DNA of 64,000 bases. It comes from a virus. The position numbers were made by a program, and so were the translations under genes. The DNA lies in the IMG/VR virus record IMGVR_UViG_3300017544_000199, positions 11,611 through 75,610 of that record. The stretch is one strand, 5' to 3'. Below are positions 8,988-18,570 of the stretch, piece after piece. Position 1 is the stretch's first letter, and each line of letters starts with the position of its first letter. Under the pieces are notes generated by a model, which ran no database searches, was not told where the DNA came from, and worked only from the letters and a program-made list of their open reading frames with translations.

Positions 8988-11003
8988 ATGAAAAGCGAAC
9001 TCAATCTGCCGCTGCTCACGCGGGCGGCGGAGCTATTGCCTGCGTCCTTCAATGAAGAGGCGCGAACGGTCGAGGTGATCTGGTCCACGGGCGCGCGGGT
9101 GCGCCGCTACGGCTTCTTCGACACCTACGACGAGGAGCTGTCGCTCGATCCCGGCGCGGTGCGCCTGGAGCGGCTGAATGCCGGCGGGCCATTCCTGGCC
9201 GATCACAAGGCTTCCGTCGCTTCGGTACTCGGCTCGGTCGTTCCGGGCAGCGTTGCGATCGAGAAAGGCCGCGCGGTCGCGGCGATCCGTTTGACCGAGC
9301 GCGAGGATGCCGCCGGCATCGTCAGCGACATCCGCGCCGGCCACATCAAGGCGGTCTCGGTCGGCTATCGCGTCCATAAATACGAGATCACCGAAAGCGA
9401 CAACGGGCCTGACCTCTATCGCGCGGTCGATTGGGAACCCCTCGAAATTTCTGCGGTCCCACTCGGGGCCGATCCCGGCGCCGGCTTCCGCTCCGCGGAA
9501 GCGGTCAATCCTTGCATCGTGATCCGGGCCGATGCGCCGAAGGCCGCCGCAACGGCCGCAACAAAGGAGGCCGACATGGCCGACGAAAACGCGCGCGCCG
9601 AGAACACCGACGGCGCGGAAGTCCAGAACGCAAATCAGAACGGCAGCGCGGCCGAGACGCGTGTCGATAACGTCAGCGCTGTCGATCCGGCAATGGCCGA
9701 TCAAGTGCGCGCGCAGGAGCAGGAGCGCATCACCACGATCGCCGGCCTGGTCGATCGGTTCAAGCTCGAACGCTCGCTCGCCGACGATCTGATCAAGCGC
9801 AACGTATCGGTCGCGGATGCACGGAAAGTCATCCTCGACAAACTCGCCGAGCGCGACGCCCGCGGGGTCGGCCATTCGCAAGTCTCGATGCCGGCCGGCG
9901 GCCTCGACGCGACCGTCACGCGCCGGGAGGCGCTCGCTGAGGCGATCCTGCATCGCGCGCAACCGCAAGCGTTCCCGATGACCGACCGCGCCCGCGAGTA
10001 TCGCGGCATGCGGCTGATCGACGTGGCTCGGGATTGCCTTGAGACTGCCGGCACGCGCACGCGCGGCATGACGCCGAACGAGATCGCCTACACGGCAACG
10101 CGCAGCTCCGGCCTGCAATCCACGTCCGACTTCCCGCTGATTCTTGCGGCCGTCGCGGGCAAGCGGTTGCGCCAAGCCTATGCCGGCACGCCACGCACCT
10201 TCACGATGTGGGCGCGCGGCGTGACTGCCACTGACTTCAAGCCGATGTATCCGACGCAGGTTGGCAACTTCCCGGCGCTCAAGCCTGTGATGGAAGGGGC
10301 CGAGTTCAGCTACGGCTCGATTGCGGAAGGGCGCGAGTCCTATCAGCTCGCGACCTACGGCCGGATCGTCGCGCTCACCCGGCAGGCGATCATCAACGAC
10401 GACCTGCGCGCTTTCGATCGAGCGCTCGGCACCGCCGGTCAGCGTGCGGCCGATCTCGAATCGGCCATCGTCTACAACGTGCTGCTCGCCAATGCGAACC
10501 TCGCCGATGGATCGGCCCTCTTCCATGCCAACCACGGAAACGTCGGCACCGCGGGCGTGATCAGCGAAACGTCTTGGTCCGAAGCCTGGGAGAAGATGAC
10601 CCAGCAGAAGGACTTGGGCGACGCGACCGGAGCGGACAAGGAATATATCGATGCCCGGCCGCGCTTCGCGCTTGTCCCGCCCGGCCAGCGCGCCATCGAA
10701 GCGCGGAAGATGATTGCCGCAACGACGCCCGCCAAGAGCGCCGACGTGAACCCGTTCACCGGCGCCTTGCAGGTCATCGAGGAGCCGCGGCTGTTCAAGA
10801 CCGGCGGGCCGCAGCCCTGGTATCTCGCGGCCGATCCGAACCTCGTCGATACCGTCGAGTTCGCACACCTCGAAGGCCAGACCGAGCCGTTCCTCGACCA
10901 GCGCGCGGGCTTCGAGGTCGATGGCGTGGAGATCAAAATACGGCACGACTTCGCGGCCAAGGCGCTCGACTTCCGAGGGCTCTTCTACAACGCCGGCGTC
11001 TAA
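8988..11003 (+). CDS. Prohead protease-major capsid fusion protein
   Basis: N-terminal protease (LADH, VSVGY, WEPLEISAVPLGAD) plus capsid (STSDFPLIL, TYGRIVALTRQAIINDDL). Confidence 0.92.
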   Translation: MKSELNLPLLTRAAELLPASFNEEARTVEVIWSTGARVRRYGFFDTYDEELSLDPGAVRLERLNAGGPFLADHKASVASVLGSVVPGSVAIEKGRAVAAIRLTEREDAAGIVSDIRAGHIKAVSVGYRVHKYEITESDNGPDLYRAVDWEPLEISAVPLGADPGAGFRSAEAVNPCIVIRADAPKAAATAATKEADMADENARAENTDGAEVQNANQNGSAAETRVDNVSAVDPAMADQVRAQEQERITTIAGLVDRFKLERSLADDLIKRNVSVADARKVILDKLAERDARGVGHSQVSMPAGGLDATVTRREALAEAILHRAQPQAFPMTDRAREYRGMRLIDVARDCLETAGTRTRGMTPNEIAYTATRSSGLQSTSDFPLILAAVAGKRLRQAYAGTPRTFTMWARGVTATDFKPMYPTQVGNFPALKPVMEGAEFSYGSIAEGRESYQLATYGRIVALTRQAIINDDLRAFDRALGTAGQRAADLESAIVYNVLLANANLADGSALFHANHGNVGTAGVISETSWSEAWEKMTQQKDLGDATGADKEYIDARPRFALVPPGQRAIEARKMIAATTPAKSADVNPFTGALQVIEEPRLFKTGGPQPWYLAADPNLVDTVEFAHLEGQTEPFLDQRAGFEVDGVEIKIRHDFAAKALDFRGLFYNAGV

Positions 11004-11071
11004 AGCCGGCGCGATCCATGGCAGCCATTGGGGCCGCTTCGGCGGCCATCTTCTTTTGAGGAGACAAGGCA

Positions 11072-11422
11072 ATGAAGAATTTCGTTCAGGCCGGCGACAC
11101 CATCACCGTTCCCGCGCCTTACGATCGAGGCTCCGGACAGGGCGCCAAGGTCGGCCAGATCTTCGGCGTGTGCACCGGCGATGCATTGAGCGGCGCAGAC
11201 GTGGCGCTCAAGACGACCGGCATCTTCGATTTGACCAAGGCCGGCTCGCAGGCATGGACCGTCGGCGCGCTCGTCTATTGGGACGACACGAACAAGCGCT
11301 GCACGACTGTTGCGAGTGGCAACCTTCTTATCGGAGCGGCTACCGCAGCCGTTGACAACGCGGCCGGTTCGACGACCGGCCGCGTTCGGCTCAACGGGGT
11401 CGCACGCGCGAACGAGGCTTAA
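11072..11422 (+). CDS. DUF2190-family capsid decoration protein
   Basis: MKNFVQAGDTI...GALVYWD...VRLNG; follows capsid gene. Confidence 0.85.
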   Translation: MKNFVQAGDTITVPAPYDRGSGQGAKVGQIFGVCTGDALSGADVALKTTGIFDLTKAGSQAWTVGALVYWDDTNKRCTTVASGNLLIGAATAAVDNAAGSTTGRVRLNGVARANEA

Positions 11423-11424
11423 TC

Positions 11425-11745
11425 GTGCAAGCGGCTTTCGCCGCGGCGATCGACGCGATCTTTCGAGACGGGAATATCGCGGAGGACGCACTTTGGCGTG
11501 CGGGCGGTCTGGGCAGCGGTCAAACCGTCCGGATCGTCCGCAAGTCGCCTGATGAGGTGGTCGGGTTCGGCGCAAGCCGCGCGGCGATGGCAACCGTGCT
11601 GATCGACGTGCGTGTCAGCGAGGTCGCCTCGCCTGTGGCGGGCGATAGCGTCGAGATCGATGGCGAGCTCTTCGACATTATCGGCACGCCGGTGCGGGAC
11701 AGCCTTGGCCTCGTCTGGACCTGCGAAGCATCGGCGCGTGCTTGA
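11425..11745 (+). CDS. Head-tail joining protein
   Basis: Position; IDVRVSEV...GDSVEIDGE...PVRDSLGLVW. Confidence 0.75.
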   Translation: MQAAFAAAIDAIFRDGNIAEDALWRAGGLGSGQTVRIVRKSPDEVVGFGASRAAMATVLIDVRVSEVASPVAGDSVEIDGELFDIIGTPVRDSLGLVWTCEASARA

Positions 11746-11747
11746 CC

Positions 11748-12389
11748 ATGCGGTTCAGCTTCACGGCGGATGATCCGCGTGGTGTGCTCAAACGCGCTTA
11801 CGACGATACCGAACAGGCCGTCTCGGCGGCCATGAACGATGTGCAGGCCGGCCTCAAGGACGAGCTGCGCGAACAGGTGGTCTCGGCCGCCATGGGCGCG
11901 CGCCTCGCGAGGACATGGCGGGGCAAGCGGTTTCCCGAAAGCCAGCCGAGCATCAATTCGGTGGCCTATGTGTGGACGCGGGCTCCCGACATCGTGGACG
12001 CGTTCGAGCGCGGCGTACCGATCATCGCGCGTAACAGACGGTTTCTCGCGGTGCCCACGAAGGACGCCGGCGTCAGCCATACGAGCGTCAAGAACAAGCG
12101 GCTCACGCCGGCGATCTGGGAAACGGAAACGGGCGTCAAGCTCCGCTTCGTGCCACGCGGCAGCCACGCGCTGCTCGTGACCGATGCGTCTTACGTGCGC
12201 CAGCCGGCGCGCTGGCGCCGGCGAAAATCCTTCAAACCGATCCGGACGCCTTTGAGCGGCGGCAGGCGGTTTCTGGTGATTTTCGTTCTCGTTCCGATCG
12301 TGCGGCCGGGCAAGCGATTCGATGTCGAGGGCGCGGGAAACCGCTGGGCGGACCGTGTGGACGGTCTGATTGCGCAGCATTGGAGATAG
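11748..12389 (+). CDS. Neck/tail completion protein (DUF6441-like)
   Basis: Position; LKDELREQV...ARLARTWR...LAVPT. Confidence 0.7.
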   Translation: MRFSFTADDPRGVLKRAYDDTEQAVSAAMNDVQAGLKDELREQVVSAAMGARLARTWRGKRFPESQPSINSVAYVWTRAPDIVDAFERGVPIIARNRRFLAVPTKDAGVSHTSVKNKRLTPAIWETETGVKLRFVPRGSHALLVTDASYVRQPARWRRRKSFKPIRTPLSGGRRFLVIFVLVPIVRPGKRFDVEGAGNRWADRVDGLIAQHWR

Positions 12390-12392
12390 GCC

Positions 12393-12827
12393 ATGCCAAG
12401 CCGGCGCGAAGAGGTGCTCGACGCGATCAAGACCTTGATCGCCGGCGCGCTGCCGAACGCCGAGGTCAAGCGCAATCTCGACAAGCCCGAGCGCATTCCG
12501 CCGGGCGGCCTGGTGATCATCCGAGACGGCGATCCGGGCGAGCCCGAGGTTCTGCTTTCGCCGCTGACTTACGTCTATGAGCATCGCGTTCCGATCGAAC
12601 TCGCGGCGTTCGCGTCCGCCTCGCTGACGCGCGAGCAGACGGTCGATCAGATGCTGTCCGCGATCGGCACGGCCGCAATGGCCGACCGGACGCTCGGCGG
12701 CTTGTGCGACTTCATCGAAACGGAAGCGCCCACGTCCGACGACATCGAGACGGCGGGCGCGATGTCCGGCCGGTGGGCCGATGCGGCGATCATCGCCGGC
12801 TACGCCACCGCCAACCCGCTCACCTGA
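12393..12827 (+). CDS. Tail terminator-like protein
   Basis: PERIPPGGLVIIRDGDPGEPEVLLSPLTYVYEHR; precedes tail tube. Confidence 0.75.
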   Translation: MPSRREEVLDAIKTLIAGALPNAEVKRNLDKPERIPPGGLVIIRDGDPGEPEVLLSPLTYVYEHRVPIELAAFASASLTREQTVDQMLSAIGTAAMADRTLGGLCDFIETEAPTSDDIETAGAMSGRWADAAIIAGYATANPLT

Positions 12828-12849
12828 ACATTAAACAACGGAGGCTCTC

Positions 12850-14136
12850 ATGGCCCGCGCTCGCGGCGCCAATGCCGTCATGGCGTTGGCGTTCGAATCC
12901 GCTTATGGCACGCCGCCCGGCTCGGGCTTCAAACGTGTCCCCTTCGTCTCGGCCGCACTCGGCGAACAGCAGAACCTGATCGAGAGCGACCTCCTCGGCT
13001 ACGGTCGCGATCCGCAGCAGCCCGCGCGCGACGTGATCAATAACGATGGCGACGTGGTGGTCCCGTTAGACTTACGGAATTTCGGCTATTGGCTGAAATT
13101 GCTGCTCGGCGCGCCGGCAACCACGCAAGGCACCGCTGCCAGCGGCAGCTTCACCTTCGACGCGCAGCCGGCGAACAACAGCACGATCTCGATCGGCGGC
13201 GCGGATTGGACGTTCGTTTCTAGCGCCCCCTCCGGCGACGAAAGCCTGATCGGAGCGACGCTACTTGAAACGCTCACCAACGCGGTGATCGGCCTGAACA
13301 AGAGCGCCACTGCGGCGCTCGTGGCACAGACCTACTCGCTCAACCTGGCCGGCAACGCGATCATCGTGACGTCCGACACCATCGGCATCGGCGGCAATTC
13401 GGTGGCGCTCGATGCCTCGACCGCACCGGACTCGAACGCCACCGCTTCCGGCGCGACGCTTGCCGGCGGCTCCGCATCCGGACCGTACAACCACGTCTTC
13501 ACGTCCGGCGCCTTGTCGCTTCCATCCGCGGCCATCGAGATCGGAATGCCCGACGTGCCGAGCTACGGCATGAATTTCGGAGCGATGGCCGACAAGCTGT
13601 CGATCCAGCTGCAACGCTCGGGCCTTCTCAACGGCACGATCAGCGTGATCGCGCAGGGTGAGACGCGCAACGGCGCTTCCGGCGCAGGCTCGCCCACCGA
13701 GCAAGCGATCGAGCGCTTCACCCAGTTCACCGGTCAAATCCGCCGCGACGGTGTGCCGCTCGGCAATGTGGTGTCGGGACAATTCAGCTATGCGAACGGC
13801 CTCGACAAGGTGGAGGTGATCCGGCCCGACGGACGTATCGCCGGCGCCGATCCCGCGATGCTCGCCGTCACCGGGCAGGTGGGCGTGCGCTTCGCCGACA
13901 CCTCGCTCCTCGATTTGGCCGTCGCGGGCACGCCGATCGAGCTCGTGTTCGAATGGTCGATTGCGGCCGGCAAGCTGCTGCGTTTCACCGTGCACAACGT
14001 GAACCTGCCGAAGCCGAAGCTGCCGATCACCGGTCCGGCCGGCGTGCAGGCGACCTTCGACTGGCAGGCGTCGGAGCACCCGGTTCTGGCAAAGACCTGC
14101 ACGGCAACGCTGGTCAACGACCTATCCGCCTACTGA
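12850..14136 (+). CDS. Tail tube protein with internal inserted domain
   Basis: MARARGANA...LGYGRDP...LPKPKLPITGPAGVQATFDWQA. Confidence 0.88.
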   Translation: MARARGANAVMALAFESAYGTPPGSGFKRVPFVSAALGEQQNLIESDLLGYGRDPQQPARDVINNDGDVVVPLDLRNFGYWLKLLLGAPATTQGTAASGSFTFDAQPANNSTISIGGADWTFVSSAPSGDESLIGATLLETLTNAVIGLNKSATAALVAQTYSLNLAGNAIIVTSDTIGIGGNSVALDASTAPDSNATASGATLAGGSASGPYNHVFTSGALSLPSAAIEIGMPDVPSYGMNFGAMADKLSIQLQRSGLLNGTISVIAQGETRNGASGAGSPTEQAIERFTQFTGQIRRDGVPLGNVVSGQFSYANGLDKVEVIRPDGRIAGADPAMLAVTGQVGVRFADTSLLDLAVAGTPIELVFEWSIAAGKLLRFTVHNVNLPKPKLPITGPAGVQATFDWQASEHPVLAKTCTATLVNDLSAY

Positions 14137-14183
14137 TCCATCCGCTCGCCTCGCGAGCCGTTTCCAACCAACCGAGGACAACG

Positions 14184-14624
14184 ATGCTGAAACTCGCCGC
14201 GCGCGAGCGCGATCCCTATTGGCTTGATCTCTTTCCCGGCGTTCGGATCAAGGTTCGCCCGATCACCGTCGCCGCCATCATCGCCGCACGGCAGGCTGCG
14301 GCCGAGGCAATGAAGACGGCGGCGGACGACGGCATCTTCCTGGGCAGCGCCGCCTTCACGCGCTCGGTCGCGCGCTGGGGCATTCTCGAATGGCAGGGTG
14401 TCGGAGACGCCGACGGCGCGCCGGTCGAGCCCACGCCCGAAAATATCGATGCGCTGCTTGAGCACTGGCAGGCTTTCGATGCCGTTGACCGGCTCTATGT
14501 CGCTCCGGCTCTGATCGGTATCGACGAAAAAAACGCATCCTCGCTCTCGCCGAATGGCACTTCGGCGGGGGCGAAGCCTATTGCGCGGCGTGCCCGGAAA
14601 CGTGCGCCGACTGCCCTTACCTAG
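14184..14624 (+). CDS. Tail assembly chaperone (gpG-like)
   Basis: Between tube and tape measure; contains A AAA AAC slippery site at 14528-14534. Confidence 0.8.
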   Translation: MLKLAARERDPYWLDLFPGVRIKVRPITVAAIIAARQAAAEAMKTAADDGIFLGSAAFTRSVARWGILEWQGVGDADGAPVEPTPENIDALLEHWQAFDAVDRLYVAPALIGIDEKNASSLSPNGTSAGAKPIARRARKRAPTALT

Positions 14625-14845
14625 AACACGCGCTGAAAACGGACGACGGCAAGGCCGCCTGGGAGGTCTTCCGCCGCTCGGCCGGGCAGGTGCGCGCCGT
14701 AATGGGCGGGGTCTACGGCCTCGACTTCGGCGCCGTGCTTCTCCTCGCCGACGCCATGGGCGCGCTCTCCCCCATCCTCGTCGATGCCCTTGCCGAGATC
14801 GAGCCGCTGATCGTGCGCGCCTATGCGAAGGACTCTAGCTCGTGA
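14534..14845 (+). CDS. -1 frameshift extension of tail chaperone (gpT-like part)
   Basis: Open -1 frame RILALAEWHFGGGEAYCAACPETCADCPY...YGLDFGAVL...KDSSS* ending on the tape-measure GTG. Confidence 0.75.
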   Translation, partial: RILALAEWHFGGGEAYCAACPETCADCPYLEHALKTDDGKAAWEVFRRSAGQVRAVMGGVYGLDFGAVLLLADAMGALSPILVDALAEIEPLIVRAYAKDSSS

Positions 14846-17800
14846 CCGATCGCAACGTCTCGATCCGCATCGGCGTCACGGGCCGGGATGAGGTCAAGCG
14901 CGCCTTCGACGATATCGGCAAGGCCGGCCAGGACGCGTTCAATAAAACCGCATCCGCGATCGATGCTGCGGGCGCGGCCACCGACCGCGAGACCCAGCGC
15001 TTGCAGCGCCTTGCGCAGGCCGCGCGCCAAGCGGCGAGCGCCGACGAGGCCCAGCGCAAATTCAATGCCATCCTGGGCGTCGGCGCGCCGACTGCCGGTT
15101 CGGCCCGCGACTCGGCACGCGTGTTCGAGGAAGCGGCGAAGGCCGCCGAGGACCTCGAAACGCGCACCAAGGCGTTGCGCACGCAAATCGATCCGCTCGG
15201 CGCCGCGCAGGCGAAGCTCAATGCCGAGATCGCCGAGGCCAATGCGCTCTTCAAAGCGGGCGCAATCTCGGCGCAGGAACAGGCGGCGGCGCATCAGCTT
15301 GCGCGCAATCGCTTCGACGCCACCGCCAAAGCGTTGAAAGGCGTCGGCGACGGCTCGCGGCTCGCCAGTTACCAGATCGTCAATCTCGGCTATCAGCTCA
15401 ACGACGTGGTGGTCGGCCTTGCGAGCGGGCAACGGCCGCTGACCGTGCTCGCCCAACAGGGCACGCAGATTGCGCAAATCTTCGCCGGGTCGGGTGTGGG
15501 CGTCGGCGGCGTGCTCAAAGAGCTCGGCCGCGTCGTTATCGGCCTGGTGTCGCCTACGACGCTGCTTGTCGCCGGCCTCGCCGCCGTCGGCGGCACCGCG
15601 CTTTACGCCTACAACAGCTACATTACCGCGCAGAAGGAGCTTCAGGTCGCGACCGCGGGCGTCGGCCGGGCGGCCGGCGCGACGGTCGATCAGCTCAACC
15701 GGATCGCGGACACGGCGGCGAGCGCCGGGCGCATTTCGGTGGCGGCGGCGCGCGACATGGAAGTCGCGTTCCTGCGCACCGGTCGGATCGGCGTCGATCA
15801 ATTCGGCGATCTGATCACCGTCGCGAAGAATTATGCCGCGACCACCGGCCAGGAAATCGATGCGGCCACCAAGGAATTGGCGGATGCGTTCGCCGATCCG
15901 GCCAAGGGCGTCGATCTGCTCAATTCCAAAGTCGGCGGCTACGACGATCGCACGCGGTTGCTCATCAAGACGCTTGCGGCGCAGAACGATATCACCGCGG
16001 CACAGAAGGTCCTCTTCGACAATCTCAAGCCGTCGCTGATCGACGCCGCCACCACCACGACCGCGCTCGGCCGCGCCTGGGATTATGTCAAGCGCAGCGC
16101 TTCGGACGCCACCGACGCGATCGGCCGCGCCATCGATCGCGCCACCGACCCGACGCTTGGGCAGCGTCTCGAAGACCTCCAGAAGGAGCGCACCAACGCC
16201 ACCACGCTCGGCGGCGAATATGTTCCGGGCTTCATGGGCATGTCGGCCTTCGTGCCGTCGCGCCCGCTGTCCGCCATCGACGCCGACATCGCGAATGTCA
16301 AACGACAGATCGCAGAGATCGAACGGAAGGCGGCGGACGCCAAAGCCGACGCACTGGCGGCGCGCACCTCGACCATTGCAGGCGAGCTTGGCCGCAGCCT
16401 CACGCCGGGTTTCAACGATCTCCAGACGCTGAAGAACCAGCAGGCGCAGCTTGCTTCGGCGCTGAACGATCCGCTCGCCCGGCAGAAGGTTGCAGACCTC
16501 AAGCAGGTCGAGGCGGCCTATGAGGCTGTTTCCCGTGCAGTGAAGACGTGGCTCGATCCCGCTGAGAAGGCGCGCCGCCTGGACGAGCTGGAAATCCAGG
16601 CGCTCAACGCCAAGACCCCGGCCCAGAAGGCGGCCATTGCCGAAGAGCGGCGTCGGCTCGAACTTGCCGGCCAGGCGATCACGACCGGGACGGCGGAAGC
16701 CGAGATCACACGCGCCGGAACCAGAGCGCGCGCGGAGGCGATGCATGCGATTGCGGAACAATCGCTGGCACTGACGACCAATGCACGCGCCTCGCTAGAT
16801 GTGGCCAATGCCTATCTGCAAGGTGCCGCCGCCGCGCAGCAGGCCGAAGGCAAACGCAAGGCGCTGACCGAAGCGATCCGCAACGGCGTCGATGTCGAAA
16901 TGCGGATGCGGCAGATTCTCGCCGACGAAATCGCACAAACCGCCGCGCAATCCGCGAAGTCGGTCGCGGACACCGCCGCGCAGGCCGATGCGCAGAAACG
17001 ACTCAATGACGCCATCGCCGCGGGTTCGCTCACCATCGAGCAGGCACGCCGGCAAATGCAGGTCGAGCAGGCGCTCCGGCCCTTGCTTGTGGCGCAGTCA
17101 CTCGCGGAAGGCGAAGCGAAGGCGACGCTGACGCGCATCATCGATGCGCTGCGCGGTGCCTACGGACGGCTCAATGCCGAAGAGGCGCGCAACAATGCAC
17201 TCCGGCAGATCGAGACCCAGAAGGACCAGATCGCGCTCTTGCAGCGCCAGATCGAGCTGGCCGGCACGAACGAATCCCAGGCCGCAATCGAAATCGCACA
17301 GCTTCAGGCCAAGCAGCAGCTTGTCCAGCAAGGCATCGATCTCGGCTCGAAGGAGGCGCAGGTCGTCATTGCCAATGCGGGCGCGATCGAGCGGCTCAAT
17401 CAACAGCTTCAGCTCGCGAAGGCCTCGCAGCAGGAGCTCATCAGTCTCACCGACACGACCTTCAACCACTTCGCCGACCTGATCGCGCAAGGCAAGACCG
17501 ACTGGAAATCGTGGGCGGATGCAGGCCGCGCGGCCATTCTCGACATCAACCGCGAGCTCCTGAAGCTTGCGCTGCTGAATCCGCTCAAGAACCTGCTGTT
17601 CGGGACGAACCTGCCGACGATTTCGTCAGTCGGCGGGATCATCGGTTCGATCCTCAAGGGTTTGAAATTCCACGAAGGCGGAGTCGTCGGCGCCGGCGGA
17701 CAGCCGATCCTGCTGCCGGCCGCGCTCCTTCATCGGGCGCCGCGCTTGCACGACGGGGCGTTTCTCTCGCCCGACGAAATCCCGGCAATCCTCCAGCGCG

Positions 17801-17976
17801 GCGAGCGCGTTCTCAATCGTCAGGAGGCGCAAAGCTACAACGCGCGGGCTTCGGCGGTATCGCCGATCGTCAACGTTACCATCCAAACGCCGAACCCGTC
17901 CGCCTTCGCCGCGAGCCGCACGCAGCTCGCGGCCGATCTGTCGCGCGCGGTCCAACTCGGAATGCGGGGACGCTGA
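14842..17976 (+). CDS. Tail tape measure protein
   Basis: 1044 aa, Ala/Gln-rich helical; NLGYQLNDVVVGLASGQRPLTVLAQQG; C-terminal FHEGG...PAILQRGERVL. Confidence 0.93.
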   Translation: MTDRNVSIRIGVTGRDEVKRAFDDIGKAGQDAFNKTASAIDAAGAATDRETQRLQRLAQAARQAASADEAQRKFNAILGVGAPTAGSARDSARVFEEAAKAAEDLETRTKALRTQIDPLGAAQAKLNAEIAEANALFKAGAISAQEQAAAHQLARNRFDATAKALKGVGDGSRLASYQIVNLGYQLNDVVVGLASGQRPLTVLAQQGTQIAQIFAGSGVGVGGVLKELGRVVIGLVSPTTLLVAGLAAVGGTALYAYNSYITAQKELQVATAGVGRAAGATVDQLNRIADTAASAGRISVAAARDMEVAFLRTGRIGVDQFGDLITVAKNYAATTGQEIDAATKELADAFADPAKGVDLLNSKVGGYDDRTRLLIKTLAAQNDITAAQKVLFDNLKPSLIDAATTTTALGRAWDYVKRSASDATDAIGRAIDRATDPTLGQRLEDLQKERTNATTLGGEYVPGFMGMSAFVPSRPLSAIDADIANVKRQIAEIERKAADAKADALAARTSTIAGELGRSLTPGFNDLQTLKNQQAQLASALNDPLARQKVADLKQVEAAYEAVSRAVKTWLDPAEKARRLDELEIQALNAKTPAQKAAIAEERRRLELAGQAITTGTAEAEITRAGTRARAEAMHAIAEQSLALTTNARASLDVANAYLQGAAAAQQAEGKRKALTEAIRNGVDVEMRMRQILADEIAQTAAQSAKSVADTAAQADAQKRLNDAIAAGSLTIEQARRQMQVEQALRPLLVAQSLAEGEAKATLTRIIDALRGAYGRLNAEEARNNALRQIETQKDQIALLQRQIELAGTNESQAAIEIAQLQAKQQLVQQGIDLGSKEAQVVIANAGAIERLNQQLQLAKASQQELISLTDTTFNHFADLIAQGKTDWKSWADAGRAAILDINRELLKLALLNPLKNLLFGTNLPTISSVGGIIGSILKGLKFHEGGVVGAGGQPILLPAALLHRAPRLHDGAFLSPDEIPAILQRGERVLNRQEAQSYNARASAVSPIVNVTIQTPNPSAFAASRTQLAADLSRAVQLGMRGR

Positions 17977-17979
17977 GCC

Positions 17980-18570
17980 ATGCCGCAGCCCTTCCTCGAT
18001 ATTTCGTTTCCGGACGCGGTGGCGCGCGGGGCAACCGGAGGACCGGGCTTCTCGACCAACGTCGTGACGCTCGGCTCGGGCGCCGAGCGCCGCAACATCC
18101 AATGGGCGGACGCGCGCGGCGAATGGAATATCTCGACCGGCATCCGCACGCGCGCCGAAATGCAGGCCGTCATCGCGCATTTCTACATCGTGAAGGGGCG
18201 CGGCTATTCGTTCCGTTTCAAGGATTGGACCGATTATCAGGCCACCGATCAGGCGATGACCGAGGTCACGCCGACGGTGTGGCAGCTCGTCAAACGCTAC
18301 AACATCGGCGGTTACGAGCACGTGCGGACGATCACCAAGCCGGTGCTTGGAACGGTCGCGATCAAGATCGGCGGTTCGCCCGTGGTGCCGTCGGAGATCG
18401 ATTATCTCACCGGTCTCGTAACGTTCGGCTCGGCGCCGGGATCGGCGCCGACCGCGTCGTTCGAGTTTGACGTGCCGGTCCGCTTCGACACAGACAAGCT
18501 GCCGGTTCAGGCGAACGCCTGGGACCAGCAGATCGTCTCCCAGATCAATCTCATCGAGGTCAAGGAATGA
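17980..18570 (+). CDS. Distal tail protein (TIGR02217/DUF2460, GTA-like)
   Basis: GGPGFSTNVV..SGAERRN..W; FRFKDWTDY; FEFDVPVRFDTD. Confidence 0.9.
   Translation: MPQPFLDISFPDAVARGATGGPGFSTNVVTLGSGAERRNIQWADARGEWNISTGIRTRAEMQAVIAHFYIVKGRGYSFRFKDWTDYQATDQAMTEVTPTVWQLVKRYNIGGYEHVRTITKPVLGTVAIKIGGSPVVPSEIDYLTGLVTFGSAPGSAPTASFEFDVPVRFDTDKLPVQANAWDQQIVSQINLIEVKE

Noticed and set aside
14554..14838. 94-aa ORF as the gpT gene
   Set aside because: Wrong frame and Arg-rich; the plausible product is the -1 frame ending at 14845
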